In this document: positions 33,543-46,700 of the stretch, one piece after another | Layout: the number at the start of each line of letters is the position of its first letter | Numbering within the stretch: the stretch's first letter is position 1 | Source: Diplonema japonicum | Taxonomy: Eukaryota; Protista; Euglenozoa: Diplonemea | Assembly: GCA_964019335.1 (NCBI GenBank) | Contig: OZ025665.1 | Span: forward strand, 62,001 to 126,000 | DNA length: 64,000 nt | Reading direction: 5' to 3' | Program-made: the position numbers and the translations under genes | The notes under the pieces: model-generated | What the model was told of the DNA's origin: nothing | The model's input: only the letters and a program-made list of their open reading frames with translations | The model's database searches: none

Positions 33543-34763
33543 AAAAGAAAGAGAGAAAGAAGAGAGGGAGAGAAACAGGGTGAGTATGCTTTCGTTAAAG
33601 CGCTCCCCCATACATGCATTTTATTTTTATTTTTGTTTTTATTTTTATTTTATTTATTCCTTGTTTCCCCTAAACAATGTTTTGGTCAAAACGTTCTTAA
33701 GGGAAGGGAAAAAAAAAAAAAAAAAGGAATAAAAAGAAAGAGAAGAAAGCAATTGATTGTCTGCTTCTCTTCTCCCTCTCTATTTTTACTTTTATTTTTA
33801 TTTATTTTGATTTTATTTAATTCAAAGGGTGCCCCAACCGGCTTCCTTTAAATCATCGAGCTTATTTTTATTTTTATTTTTATTTTTAATTTAGTTTTAA
33901 ATTGTGTTTTATTTTTAGTTTTATTTTTGATTTTCTTTTTTTTTTTTTGGCTGTTTCTTTTTCTTATTTTTCTTTCTATCTTAAAATTTTTAATCTTCCT
34001 AGTTTAAAAGTTTAAAAGAAAGAAAATGAAAAAGATTGTTTGATATGGGTTGTAGGTCTTTAAAAAAAAAAAAAGAGAAGAACCTATTCCAAGGGTGGTT
34101 TAGGAAAAATAAAACTTTTTTATTTCTTTCTTTTTAATTTTCTTTTTTCTTTTTCCCCCCTCCATCTCTTCCTCTCAAGTTTCGACCTCCCTCCCCCCCA
34201 ACTTTCTTGAACTTCTTTTCACCTTTTTCCTTGGTTCCCAGTGAACGAGAAAGAACGAAAGTAAATAAAAAAAGCCTTTCCCGTCCCTTGTTCACTCCGC
34301 CGTGCACCCCGATATCCTCCTCCCTTTAGTTTCTTCCCCCTAGTTTCGCACGGGTGGGTCCATTGTTATTTGCAAAAAAAAAAAAAAAAAAACTCGATGA
34401 TTTAAAGGAAGCCGGTGGGGGCACCCAGCACCATTTACTTGATTACAGGGGGCGCACCTCGGCCTAGCTGTAGCTTCTTCTGCGTTCCGCGTCGTGTCCT
34501 TAATGCGTGCGGTGTGCAGCTCAACCCCAGCCGGGGCGCTCCGGTGACGCTGGATGTCGACAAATCTGTTTCTGCCCATAGCTTTAAACGCCGGGATCGC
34601 TAAATTAGGATTCGTTGTCCAGTAGTTGGTGGAAAAAAAGTTGCAGGTTACTGCACTTGGTGGAAAACGAGTTGTAGGTTACCGTACTTAATGAAAAAAA
34701 ATTTTTAGGTTTAAGGGAGCGGTGGAAAAAAGTTATTTGCTTACCGTGAACAGTGTTTTTCCC

Positions 34764-34794
<31 letters not shown>

Positions 34795-37700
34795 GGGACA
34801 TACTGGTATGTGAGGTACTTCAAAGTTTGGTATCATGTGGCCATAGGTGTGCTGTATTTCAGATTCACAAGCTTGCCAGTTGACTTCCTCACTAGTGTCA
34901 CCTACATGTGTGCGGGCAAGTTCCCCAGGGGACACCAGAGGCGTGAGGAGGAGGGGTTTTGATGGGATTAAGGCTGCGGGTTCAATGGGATGTGGCGGGG
35001 CAGGTGACGGCTCTAGTACGCTGCAGCACTTGTTGTACTTATCAACTAAAGAAAGAAGGGCCGCGTGAATATAGTTCTTGTGGTTGGAGTCAACAGGACG
35101 TTTAGAAGAGTAGATGACCCAGAAGTCAAGTGTGTCTGTGAGGGAAGGAGGATCAGTCTCGTGCTCATCCATCATAATGTTGATACCACCCTCCTCGCAC
35201 TCGTAGTCGATCGGCCCCACATTCTGCCTAAACTGGTTCCACCTTGTCTTAATCCTCTTCAGTACCGCCATTGCCTCTGTGTACTTCTGCCCGGGCACAT
35301 TCTCCTTCAAAAGCCCCTGCACGCTTCTCAGAGGAGTCCAAAACTCTTCCCTATTCCTTGTATACTTCAAAGGCAGCCTACCAGACAGCAACGAGTGCAC
35401 CTTTATCGCAAACTCCGTCAGATCCAAAATAAGATGCGGTAGGATTGATAATTTTACGTCTTCAGTAAGCATCATATCCAACAAGGCTGGCTTTTGTTCC
35501 GTAGGGAGGCTTTCTAAAGACCACAAGAGCTCGGTGCTCCTTGGCAGGATGGTTTGTGAAGAAGACTGCGACCATGCAGCAAGGGCCTTGATGGTATGGC
35601 ACATCTCAGTTTCCGGACGGGAGAGGGAGGTGCGGTCTTCGGTGATGCAGGTTTTCCAGAAGGATTCCACAGATCTTTCGACAGAAAGCCCCTCATCACG
35701 AGTGATACAGACACCTTTTCGTAATGGACACTCCTCTTCTTCACTCTCAATCACGTGATAAAGAAAGAAAGCGTACATCCGTTGTGCCTCGTCGACAGAC
35801 AGGCCAGTATGCGACCCCATGTGCAGATGGTAAGCCATGGATCTCTCAGTCAGTTGGTTCACCATGTGTGCGTAATCAGACAGGCCTTGCTGGTACCCGT
35901 ACATTCTTGTATGCAGCGCAGCAGAGAAAAGCCATTCCCACATGATGCTGAAAGACTCTGGGAAAAAGATGAGCTGCAGAGCCAGAGCCCCGAACTCCAC
36001 CCCCCATAAAAGGTAGCAAGCACCTGTTGACAAGACGGGTTGCCCCTTAGCACAAGAGTCGATATTGCCTGACTCGTCTAATTGCGTCACACAGTCGAAT
36101 TTGAAGCAGCCGCCGTGCGCTACGCTGCTGCCCGTCTTGTCCCCAGGGATGAACTTTTCGCACAGCCCTTCCGCATCAAGCAGCATAGTCCCGAGGAACG
36201 ACTCAGGAATAGCACACCCCACAGCAGCCACCGTGCACACCATCTCCACCCAGTCGTTTGTAAAGCCCTCTTTCAACGACGATACCAACCCCACCTCCCT
36301 CTCGCAATACCCTCCTGCATTGGTGTAGTCAAACGCGATGTACAACACTCTCTGCTGCTTCCAGTTTAGGTCCAACAGTTTCTGCACAGCGTTACTTTCC
36401 GAGATGGCCTTCGCCAGCGGATGCGTCTGTTTTTCCCCGAAGTAACACCGCAGCCCAACGTAGAAGGTCAAAAGCCTCGCCTTATCCAACGTGGTCGAGT
36501 TGACCAGGTTCTCAACACCAGAAACAATATTCTCAAGCGATGCAGGGTCTGCCTGCTCTTGAGATGTTTGAAGTTGCCGGCGGAAAGTGTGGAAAAGGTC
36601 GTGAAGGGGGTGGTGTATCTTATAAATGAAAGGCAGATCGCCAGGCTGGGTTGCAAGGGGCTCAGCGTTTTGACATTTATGTCTGGCAGACTCGCCGCAG
36701 ATCTGCACGATAGGACCGAGCGAGGAAGGTTCGTTCGAGACCTGGTCGCGGAGGTATTCCAGCATAGCTTTGGTCCCCATACCACGGATGGGGCCGAGGC
36801 CGTTTTCAAGTGTGGATATGAAGGAAAAGACAGCACTATCTTTTTGGGGGTCGGGGGGATTCTTGAAGAGCGCCTGGTCTTGCTCGCTGCCACGCAAGGG
36901 GCACTTGAAACCAGTGGGCTCCATCAGCTTCTTCGCCACTTTTGTCAACAGTGCCTTGTCAGACTCATTGCTCAGCACCGCGGGTGCCCAGTTCGGTCGA
37001 TCCTCCGTCCTTATAAACATAAGACCCAGTAACCTCATAAATATTTGCTCCATTGCTGCTAACTGCACCACAGTGCACAACAGGACAGCCCCAACCCCTG
37101 TTTTACAGGACTCCCTAAGTGTTAAGATAGTCTTCCCCACTTCCACGACTGTTTTCGACCCCACCAGGTCACAGTCTAGCCCAAAGGCCTTATCAACTGT
37201 CATATCGTACAGCGCTAAGAATACATCTGCGGTGAGTACTTTATCTCCTGGCTGCTGGACCGTCTCTGGCGGAGGGTATCGCAGCCCGCTGGTACCTTTC
37301 TCTTTGAAACTTGCCCCGCGTTGTTTCTCTGCCGCTGTTAGTAGCAGCCCCGCAGACTCCTGTGACATAGGAATAGACTGGAAGGCAGACAAATGCGACA
37401 TGGCATGACACGCCACTGCGCGGGACACATTCTTCGATGAAATGAGGTCAAGGACAAATGGGAGGAGAGAAGTGGCGTCAGTTGCGAGAGGAGCTTTCGT
37501 ATGCTTCACAAGAGCCTTTAACACAAGAGAGGTAGTAAGTGGGATCTTACTAAGAATTGAGCGTAGAGTCGGAGTGTGAATATGCGGGTAAGGAAGAACC
37601 TTGGATGTGTGCAAGAACGCCACCACCTCCTGCACAGGGAAATCTGATGATGATATCATGCAGCAAACCACCGAAAGAGAGGGAAGAAGCCTACCAACAC

Positions 37701-40700
37701 CTGCTTTCGAGTTTTTCCCCAGTCTTCCTATCACAGTCAAACAGGCTGCTTTATACTTCAAAAGCTTGTCTCGGTTCTCAGCCATATAAGGCAAGGCAGT
37801 ACCAAGGAGCTCCGATGCCAGGTCGAGCTCCACCCAGGAAAGCTCTCGTTTACCCTTATTAGCAATGCCTGTCCCTGGTGTTATCTCTGTGAGGACACCC
37901 GTCTCCACCAACGGTATGAATGCAATGATGTACTCCTCAAGAGCGCGTGCTTCCACGATGCACAACGCACGTATACTCCACACGGTTTCATCTTTTTTGA
38001 AGATGGACTGATGGAGGCCCCTGGCGAGGAACAGCACCCATTCCGCAACTTGAACGCAGACGGAGGCACTGCTATGACGGACAAGGATCCGGATACAGTC
38101 CATGAAGAAGTCCCTGAGGAGGGTGGGATCATTCTGCACGATCTCTACCATGTCTCCCACAGGGGTGGACTCGTGCTCGGCTACCAACCGGCGCATCTCC
38201 GCCACGACATCAGTGGCATGGGGAGAGATAGGAAGGACGCGACGGAGTGCCGATGAGCCTGGAAGAGTTGGGGGCGCAGCACGGACGGTCAGCGGGGGGT
38301 ACCCTTTTCGTGTCTGATTCCGCAGCTTGTCAAACGTCGTGGGTGTGGATGTAGCACGGAGCGTCATCGAGATCAGCTTATCGCTGTGCTTCAAAGTCTC
38401 AGAATCGCACGCTAGTAGCGTCGAAGCGTTACGGTCATCTAGCAACAAGTGCAGTGCGTTGGTCAACAGCACGCATGGAGCCTTTTGCTCACCTTCAAGC
38501 AACCGTTGGGCCAGGCTTGACTCCTGCTGTCCTTCCATGCCCGCTATCTCCATCCCCATTGACACCAATTCTTCTGGCTCCGGAACGCATTCTCCACATA
38601 GTTCCATTACGACGCTTCTCACCTGCGGGCACGCGGCTAGCAATCTCTTCGCAGCCCGCACCTGGTCTTCGAAAGGGCCTTTCGGGTCATACAGGACCGC
38701 AGCAGGGTCCGACTTGGCAACCTCTGCCCACTTAACCTGGTGCTCGGCTTGGGCTTGCATTAGGAGAACGATGGCTTGTTCTGTCAACTTTTCAATCTGC
38801 AGCCATTCCATCTTGCCGCAAAGCGCAACGTGCCCCACCACGTCCCCGTCGACGTATCTCTTTAGCTCCGTCCCGAGGTTCTCTGCAGCAGCGTCTATGT
38901 ATAACTGGTCCCACCCAGAACCAAACAGCGGTGTGCAGCCACTGCTCAGGTCATTCGACAATGCCTGTATCATAACCACTGCCTTGCTCGTCCTCGTCGT
39001 CTCCTTTGTGTCAGGCGGCATGTCCAGCAGAAGACGGATCTCACGGCTCTCAGGCATGCCAATAGATGTCGCGGGCAGTACCGCTACAAACACAAAGGCT
39101 TCTGGGTCGGAGCAAAACTTGTAAATGGCCTCGCGTAGATCCTCCTGACCCCGCTCGGCTTCCATCAAAGTATCGACGCTATAACACGTGCAGCCCCTTA
39201 CCGTTTTCAACAGGGTGGTGAGGTCAACATTCGCTGGGGTGTACACTGCAGCACGGTACCATGCTGATATAGACTGGAGGTCTTTCATAGACCTTCTAAG
39301 GAAGGCAAGGTAGCCTGTGAGAGACCAAGGATTGAGAGTGTTGAAGTAAGCGCGAAGGTAAGCAGGTGCGCCCACAGAAAGAACCTTTTGAGCAAGGAGC
39401 ATCCCTTCAGGTTTCATGAGTTGCAAGATCTTGCACGAGATGGACCTCCAGAGCCCCGCAGAGGGATCACCATAGAGAAACTTCTGAATGGTTTCATCAT
39501 GCTGCAGTCGCTTTGAAATGGGAAGCGGCTTCAGCGCCCCTCCTTGGACGGACTCCAGCAGCAAGGAATCGAACGTATCGCTCACGTTATCGCTGAACAC
39601 AACGCTGCGTCCAACTGAAAGTGTACGCTCAAAGGCTTGAAGCTTTGTGCGAAGGCTGCCCACCGTCGCTTTAGCAGAGTCCGAAAGGCCTTCCATAGTG
39701 TGTTCTAGGATCTCCGGAACAGAGATTGTGTACTTCTCGAGCCTGTTTAAAAAAGGCGCCGGGAGGGTCTTCCCCATCTCTTTGACTTCCTTTTTGGTAA
39801 CGTGCACAATGCACTGAAAGTCCTTGTGGACACGTTTGTACTCAAGAGTGCCGCCCACGGCCACTGCAACAAAGTGGAGGACCTCCCCTTTCCCGTTGCT
39901 CGCGACGATGTAGTTTTGGTTGAAGACATCGAACAGACAGGCATCGACCTTACGTGTGTTTGTCAGCCACACCGTGCGTCCTGTTTCCATTGCAGCGGAA
40001 ATCTGCGACACCACGGTCACGGGCATCAGATCGTCTTGGTCACATAGAGCAGACAGAGACAGCACGCTTGCCTCTTCAGAAAACCTCACCCCGCTCTGCC
40101 TCAACAGCTGCAGAACATTGCCGTCCTCCGTGTGGTCCACTAGAAGCTTATACCGCACCCACATGTCGTTGAGGTTCTTCCCTGCTGACGTCTCCGCTGC
40201 TCGGTTGTTGTCCGAGATTGAGTTGATCACGATGTCCAGCTTCTTCCGTAAATGTGAGCGCAGCTCGGCTTCAGTGAAACGTGGGTTTTCCTTCCCAATT
40301 ATGCCGCCGAAGGTACCTAGCACCTCATTGAACATCTCGGGTGCAGCATTGAAATTCCTCTCCAACGCCTCTGTGATGAGCCTTGGAGTGATGCTGATGA
40401 GATATGGAGTAGAAGTAGAGAGCTGTGCTGGCTGATTGCGACGGATGTACCGCATCATGTGGAACAGGTCGCGGAGTCCGAACCACCACCGCCTTGCTTT
40501 CTTCGAAGGGTCTGTCGTTCCCTCGGAACCAAGGAGGTTGTGAAACGCTTGGCAACACAAAGGAACGATGCGCTGCGCTGTTGGTGTAAGACCTTGCATT
40601 CCTTCCCCATGCAAGATCCCGGCACACATGTTCGATAGCTCGTTGGTGTGTGGCTTTGCCATGTAGACCTCGATGCACCTGTTGCTGATGGCAGGGTCTA

Positions 40701-43700
40701 AGGCTTGGTTTGTCATCAACACAGAGGCAATGTTAGCTCCTTCAAGATAGTAGTGGAGAACCTTGAGCGCCCATTTGCGTTGCATGCCTTCACCTTTCAC
40801 GAGCCCTGCTTCATCGACGAACAGCAAGCATCGTTTGTTGGAGTGACCATGGGCGTCGTGGTTCCTCTGGCCAAGGTACGCTTCTTCGCATTTCCGTTGT
40901 ATCTCATCAGCAGAGCTTTGCGCGGATCCTTGGTACCGGCAGACCTCGGAGATGTTGGCAAAGTTGCACCAGAACTCGCCCATCCCGGTCATGTTATCTT
41001 TGATGATGTTGTTCGACAGTGTCTTTGACGTACCCGGCGGGCCGTGCAGGATCACACCTAGCCGGCAGTCAAAGCAGACGATCTGCACGAACAAATTCTC
41101 CATCAGCCCAGCGTGAGCGTACACCGCCTCAGGTAAGATCAGGTGAGGACCGCAGAAGTACTTCACACCTCTCCAAACAATCTCCGAAAACTCCACCCCT
41201 TCTGGCAGTGGTGGGATGAAGTCTGGATCTGCAGGGTCTGACCCGAGGATCCCATCCCCACGGAACAAGAATGCTGTCATCTCATCAGACATCTGACACC
41301 GCTCACCGGGAGACAGCCTGAAATAGTACGACACAGCAACAGCAAGTATCATACTCGTCAGGGCACGGTCCCACACATTGGTTGTGAGCTCACCGTCGAG
41401 ATGAATGAAGTCAAGTCCACGCTTGAAGAAAAAGTCAAACAGCTTCATCGCACGGTGGATGTCACGCTGGCTGACGGTAGAACGTTTCGTTGAGCAGATC
41501 TTCTGGACGAACTGGTGCGCTTTGAGCAAAAGCCTGCTTAAGATGTCGACCTTCGTGACGGGAACCTGGTGCCTGAACAAATTCTTGTTTGCTCCGATAA
41601 CACGCGAAATAAAAAGCTGGCGCTGGTCGTCCGCAAGCTGTCGCCATGGGACGACGTGCTCGGACAGGGAGGGCGACATGGGTGTCACGTCAAAACCGAA
41701 GTCGCTGGAGTCGATCTCGTCAGTACCTTCTAGCTGCGAGTCTTTCTTAGATGGGTTCACAGCACCAACGAAAGATATGTTATGGGGAATCACACCCTGG
41801 GAGGAAGGGCGAGCGTCGTCCCACAGCTCCCACCGTCTGTCGATGATGATCCTCTTCAGCAAGCCCAGCATGTTGGTGGCGTTCATTTCGTCGATCATGA
41901 TAACGAAGGAGATCTCAGGACACTTCACAGCACGCTCGAAGGTGGGACGCACCTCGTTGAAAAGCATCCCTGGTGTCATGTTGTATCTGATGAGCACGTT
42001 AGTAGAAGTGCTCTCGCGCTCCATGTCCAAGTAATCACAGATCAGTCCTGCCAGTTCGTCTCCGTCAGCTTCGTGAGATGGTCCTTCTGCTAAGGTCCTG
42101 ATGAATTCTGGCTTCGGCTTCAGAATAGGTGAAGCTCGGATCTCCGACCGCATGTGCTCGCGGACGTGCGACACCAGCGCTGCACCGTTGGGTCCAGCCC
42201 GTCTCACAGCGTCCTTGGCCCACTCGATCATCGCGTCACGGAGGTGGTCTTTATCGAGGATAGACTGCACGGTCTTAAAGTCAGACCCCATGAGCTCCTC
42301 CATGTCGACTGAGCGCAGCGCACCCTCCACGCAGTGGATGATCTGCGTGGTCAACATCCCACCGTTTAGGGTGGATATCTCCTTGATGATGCAGACCAAG
42401 TTTTGGAACACCTCTGATACTGTATTGTGCAGCGCCGTCGTTTTGATGATCAGATCGATCGCGTGCCGAAACTGGTCGTTGCTCTGAAGGAGCTCCGTCA
42501 CCTCGGGTGTCGCCCTGGGGTCGTTGATGAGCGGCCCTAATGTGTCACGTATCGCAGCTGCTACCAAGGTTAAGGCTGCTATGTTCTTCGCGTCGCGTAG
42601 CACAGCAATGCAGTCCACGCACTTGGCATATCCAAAACGACATTCAGCAATCCACAGTACCTTCTCGCGGTCCCCCACCTGATCTGAAACGTTGTTCGGA
42701 AACAACTTTCGCAGCGTGCTGTCCCTGCGCAGGAACATAAAAAGAGAGTATGTCAAGTCCTGAAAACCGTTCCTTGCTGACCGCGACTCGGGAATCTGCA
42801 TCAGAACGGATAAAATGGCAACGGCGTAGCTTTTCCCGGTTCCGGAAGGGCCCTGCAGGATCACTGGGTCGCACAATCCCACATGCGCCGATAGCTGAAT
42901 CAACTTTTGCAGGAAGTCTGGGGTCAACACATATCCGTTGCTGAACAGTGTCTGGGCGCAGGACTTGATCTTTACACCAAGTTCTTCCGCAAGAATCTTA
43001 ATCAGAACATGCATCGGCTTCCCCAACGGGTCAGTCAGCCTCTCCGTAATGGGCTTAGTTACCACCTTCGAGACATGGACGGACAGATACAGGTCAATGG
43101 CGTCACGGATCTCAACAGGTGTCTCGCCGGCAAGCTGTATTCTATTGGTACGGATACTGTCAGTTGTCTTTAAGTGGAAGTGGTCAGGGATATGAGGGTT
43201 GATGTGGTGAAACGCTTCATGCTTCAGACTCACTGCGACGAGCTTTCGAAGCTCTGTTTCATCGGAGCACTTCGAATTGACGAACGCCTTGTACCTCGCA
43301 GAGATGAATCGCACAGCACGGCTCATCTTTCTCGGCGTGACGCAGCCACCTGAGTCAGATCCTCCAAGCGCGATCTGCCGCACAGCATCGTTGTCCGACT
43401 CAGGGAGGTTCCCCAACGTCGTGCGTAAGAACAGCAAAGCGTCTTTTCCATGGGGAATGTCGTCTATGTCAAAGTCCCGCAGCGTGCCCTGCTCTGCCAG
43501 CCCTCTGCATGTCAGCAATGTGATGTCGCTCCCACCGTCCGACGTCCGCCAGGGCGACATGTCCTTCGGTGTCTCTTGGAACTCCACCACAAGATGCCAT
43601 CCCTTCAACGGGGTCGACACTGCCAGCCCCGAAGCCGACGAGATCCTGCCTAACAACGTCAGTCCATCCAAAACCTTATTTACCACGCTGTGCGGTGTGT

Positions 43701-46700
43701 CATGTCCGACGTTGATGATTAACAGTCCCTTCTTCGCACGGAGAGGATTCATTAGCCTATTGCAGACCCCTTCCATGGTGGGTTCTGTGGTAGAATCAAG
43801 GTCCAGCCGTGTTGGACTTGTATTCCCCCAGCGAGATTCCTTCAAGTTCGCCTCAATGGTGTAAGACTTGCCTGTGCCCGATGGTTGGTCGTAATAAGTG
43901 ACAGTGGCAAAGCGGCGTAGAGCTGCGACCTTTTGATGCGCATCACGACGCCAACGGAGGTCGCATTCCTGCATGGTGACAGAGTCGATGGACTCGTCAG
44001 AGGTGGTGGGTTTCGTGATGAGGATAATGAGCTGCCTTTGTTCTTGATCCTCTTCTTCGCTGACCTTTCGAATCTGATTCTGGACATCAGACCCGAGCTC
44101 TTGAAAATTGAAGATGACGAATCTTCCCCGCATAAGGGTGAATCTCACCACGAAGGAAAGAGCCTCCTCCGGCGATGTGTTTGCCGTGCAGTCCAGGACA
44201 TGGAACGGCTCAATCACTGTGAACAACGACAGTCCGAATACTCTGCGATCCGACACAGGCAGCCTGGATACATCCACGAGGTTGCCGTCGATCGTCTTCG
44301 ACTGCATCCTTCCGTACTTTCCGGTTGTCATGTCGAAGTTAACTGTGGTCGCATTGGGCCCAGTGAAGCCGAGCCTTCCCTCCTCCCCTGCTGCCCCACC
44401 CATTCTTCTTAACAGCATCCCAATCTTTTCAAGCTGCTTCTCTGCATTCTGACCCACTTCGGCAATGGCCGCTTCTTTGCCCTTCGACGACAGCACAAGC
44501 TCCAACCCTGCAGACAGCCCATCTGCTGCTTCCTGGAGCAGTAACCGAAGTTCCGGAGCTCTGCAATCCGATCGGATAACATTGTGCATGATGTGCCACC
44601 CAGCAAGCTCCTGGTTTGTCATCGACTCCAGCGAGCCTTGGACTAGATGGTGCTTGCAAGGCGTTAAACAGTTCCTGCACGTTAGCTTCACTCCCCGTTT
44701 TATCTTGATATCGACACCCAGGAAGCACGCTGCCTTTCCAGGGACTTCCATGTTCCTCGCTTCCGGGGTGAAGCCCCCCCAGCCTTTCCCGTACTCGGTC
44801 TTGGACCAATACATCCCGTCACTGTCGCACTTCAACGGCTCATCACAAGGCAGCAAGCTTACCCTTCCGTCAGGGTGCCACGATGTTCCGTCAGACCATG
44901 CCCATGAGGTGCAGTAGTGAGGCAGTGTTGTTGGCTCGAGACCAGCGTAAACCGCTATCTTCCGGCTTTCAGGGAGCTTTTTGTAACCCACCACCCATCT
45001 GTTTATGGTTGACTTCCATGAGAGCCGTAGACCTTCGTTCCCGCGTGGGCTTTCGTACGTGACCTCCCTTGTATCGACCAGCTTTAACAGAGTTCTGCAC
45101 ACTCCACCCACGACCAGTCGCAGCCACTTCGGGGTCTTTTCAAAGTTCTTGATGACGGTCCACCGCAGTGCCTTTGACCCCAAAGGGTGCTCGCCGTTGC
45201 ACTCGTTCGACCACGCGATAGGCTTGTCGGTTTTATCTGCGACGCACCACCGCTTATCCCAATGGAATATGTGGAACCCTCCATCCTTTCTGACATAAGT
45301 TGGCAGTGCCCTGTGGTAGACACCGTTTGGAGTGGGCCGCGGATCGGACGAAGGAGGCTGCAGTGATGCACCTTTGACTACGACAGAAGGAGGGTCAGTA
45401 GGTCTTTTTCGAGAGAACGCAGAGGAGACGGAAAGGAGCGTGCATTTGACATCTTGGTTGCCGAAGACACAATATGGGACTAGCGGCCCCTTTACCTTAG
45501 GAAGGTCCTCGATCATCGAAGAGTGCATCACCCTCTCTCCGTTGCAGAGGATCTCAATGGACCCAACCCCAAGGTCGGCTATGAATGTGATTCTGTCACC
45601 TTGTGTGAAAGACTTCTTTGGAAGTGACAGCAAAATCTTGTTTTCCTTCAGCCCGAATATGTTCCCATCTGGGCGCAATGTCAAACCGAAGAAATTTGCT
45701 TGCTTGTCGAATTGTTTGTGTAAGAACACCCCCGGAGGGGCAAGGCCGAAGAAGCAATCGTTGATGTCCCTCCCGGTCACCTTCAGCTCATAAACATGCG
45801 GCCCAGGGCCTCTGAATACGGTGTCACCGATCACTGCTCCGTACGTTCCTGCTTGAGACACTTTACGGTGCGCAGTGACTCCATCGTCAAGAATGTCAAT
45901 AAGTTCTGATTTCCTGAATGCATTCCATTTCATCACTCCTGTTACCGGTGCACCTGGGCTAAGCTCTACAGAGGCGGTTTTCCGCTGTAAGTACGTGATA
46001 GGGTGCAAGGGCTCGTCAGGCGTTTCCGTGAACATGGAATGAAGAGGTTCACCATTGAGCTCGAACTGTATCACCCCTTTTTCCCTCTCGTGAATGACTG
46101 TGATAATGTCGCCTGAGCGGTACGACCTTGTTGTAGACAGGGTGACGCCCTTGTGCTTTAGTGTCCCGTTGCGGGAGTACCACCAGATTTTGTCGCTTGA
46201 TTCTGCAGAAACGTCAAAGGCGGTGCCAGGCTGCACAGTACTGCAACACAGACCAACCCGCATGCCGAAGGCGTCACCTGAAACCTTCACGCGCCATGTG
46301 TACCCTGCTGCTGGACAAATTCCGATCCCCGCGACATCCATAGTACCGACCTTCCGGATGCCTCGCCCATTAGGTGATACTTCCACGTCTTTCGAGACCT
46401 GTGTCCACACCCAGGCAGGTACTACTGTGATAGCTAGGAACCCCAACGACTGTATAGTGCGATGCATGAGATCCAGGAGTGTCTTCCCGTCGCCGCGCTC
46501 GCCGTTGATCCCTATTATTCGCATCCCAGGTTCGAACCCCATGCTTTCCCACACGGAGAAAGGCACCACACTACTGAAATACAGCGCTGCTTTGCTAACA
46601 ACTTTGAGTCCCAAGGTGCCCAGATCACGCACGCCAGAGACAACGACGGTTTCATCCCGTGTTTTGCATTCCTGAGACCAGCCTGGTATGGTCGTGTAGC

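Noticed and set aside
34626-34749. CRISPR-like array
   Set aside because: Adjacent degenerate repeats without unique spacers; eukaryotic context; no cas genes.
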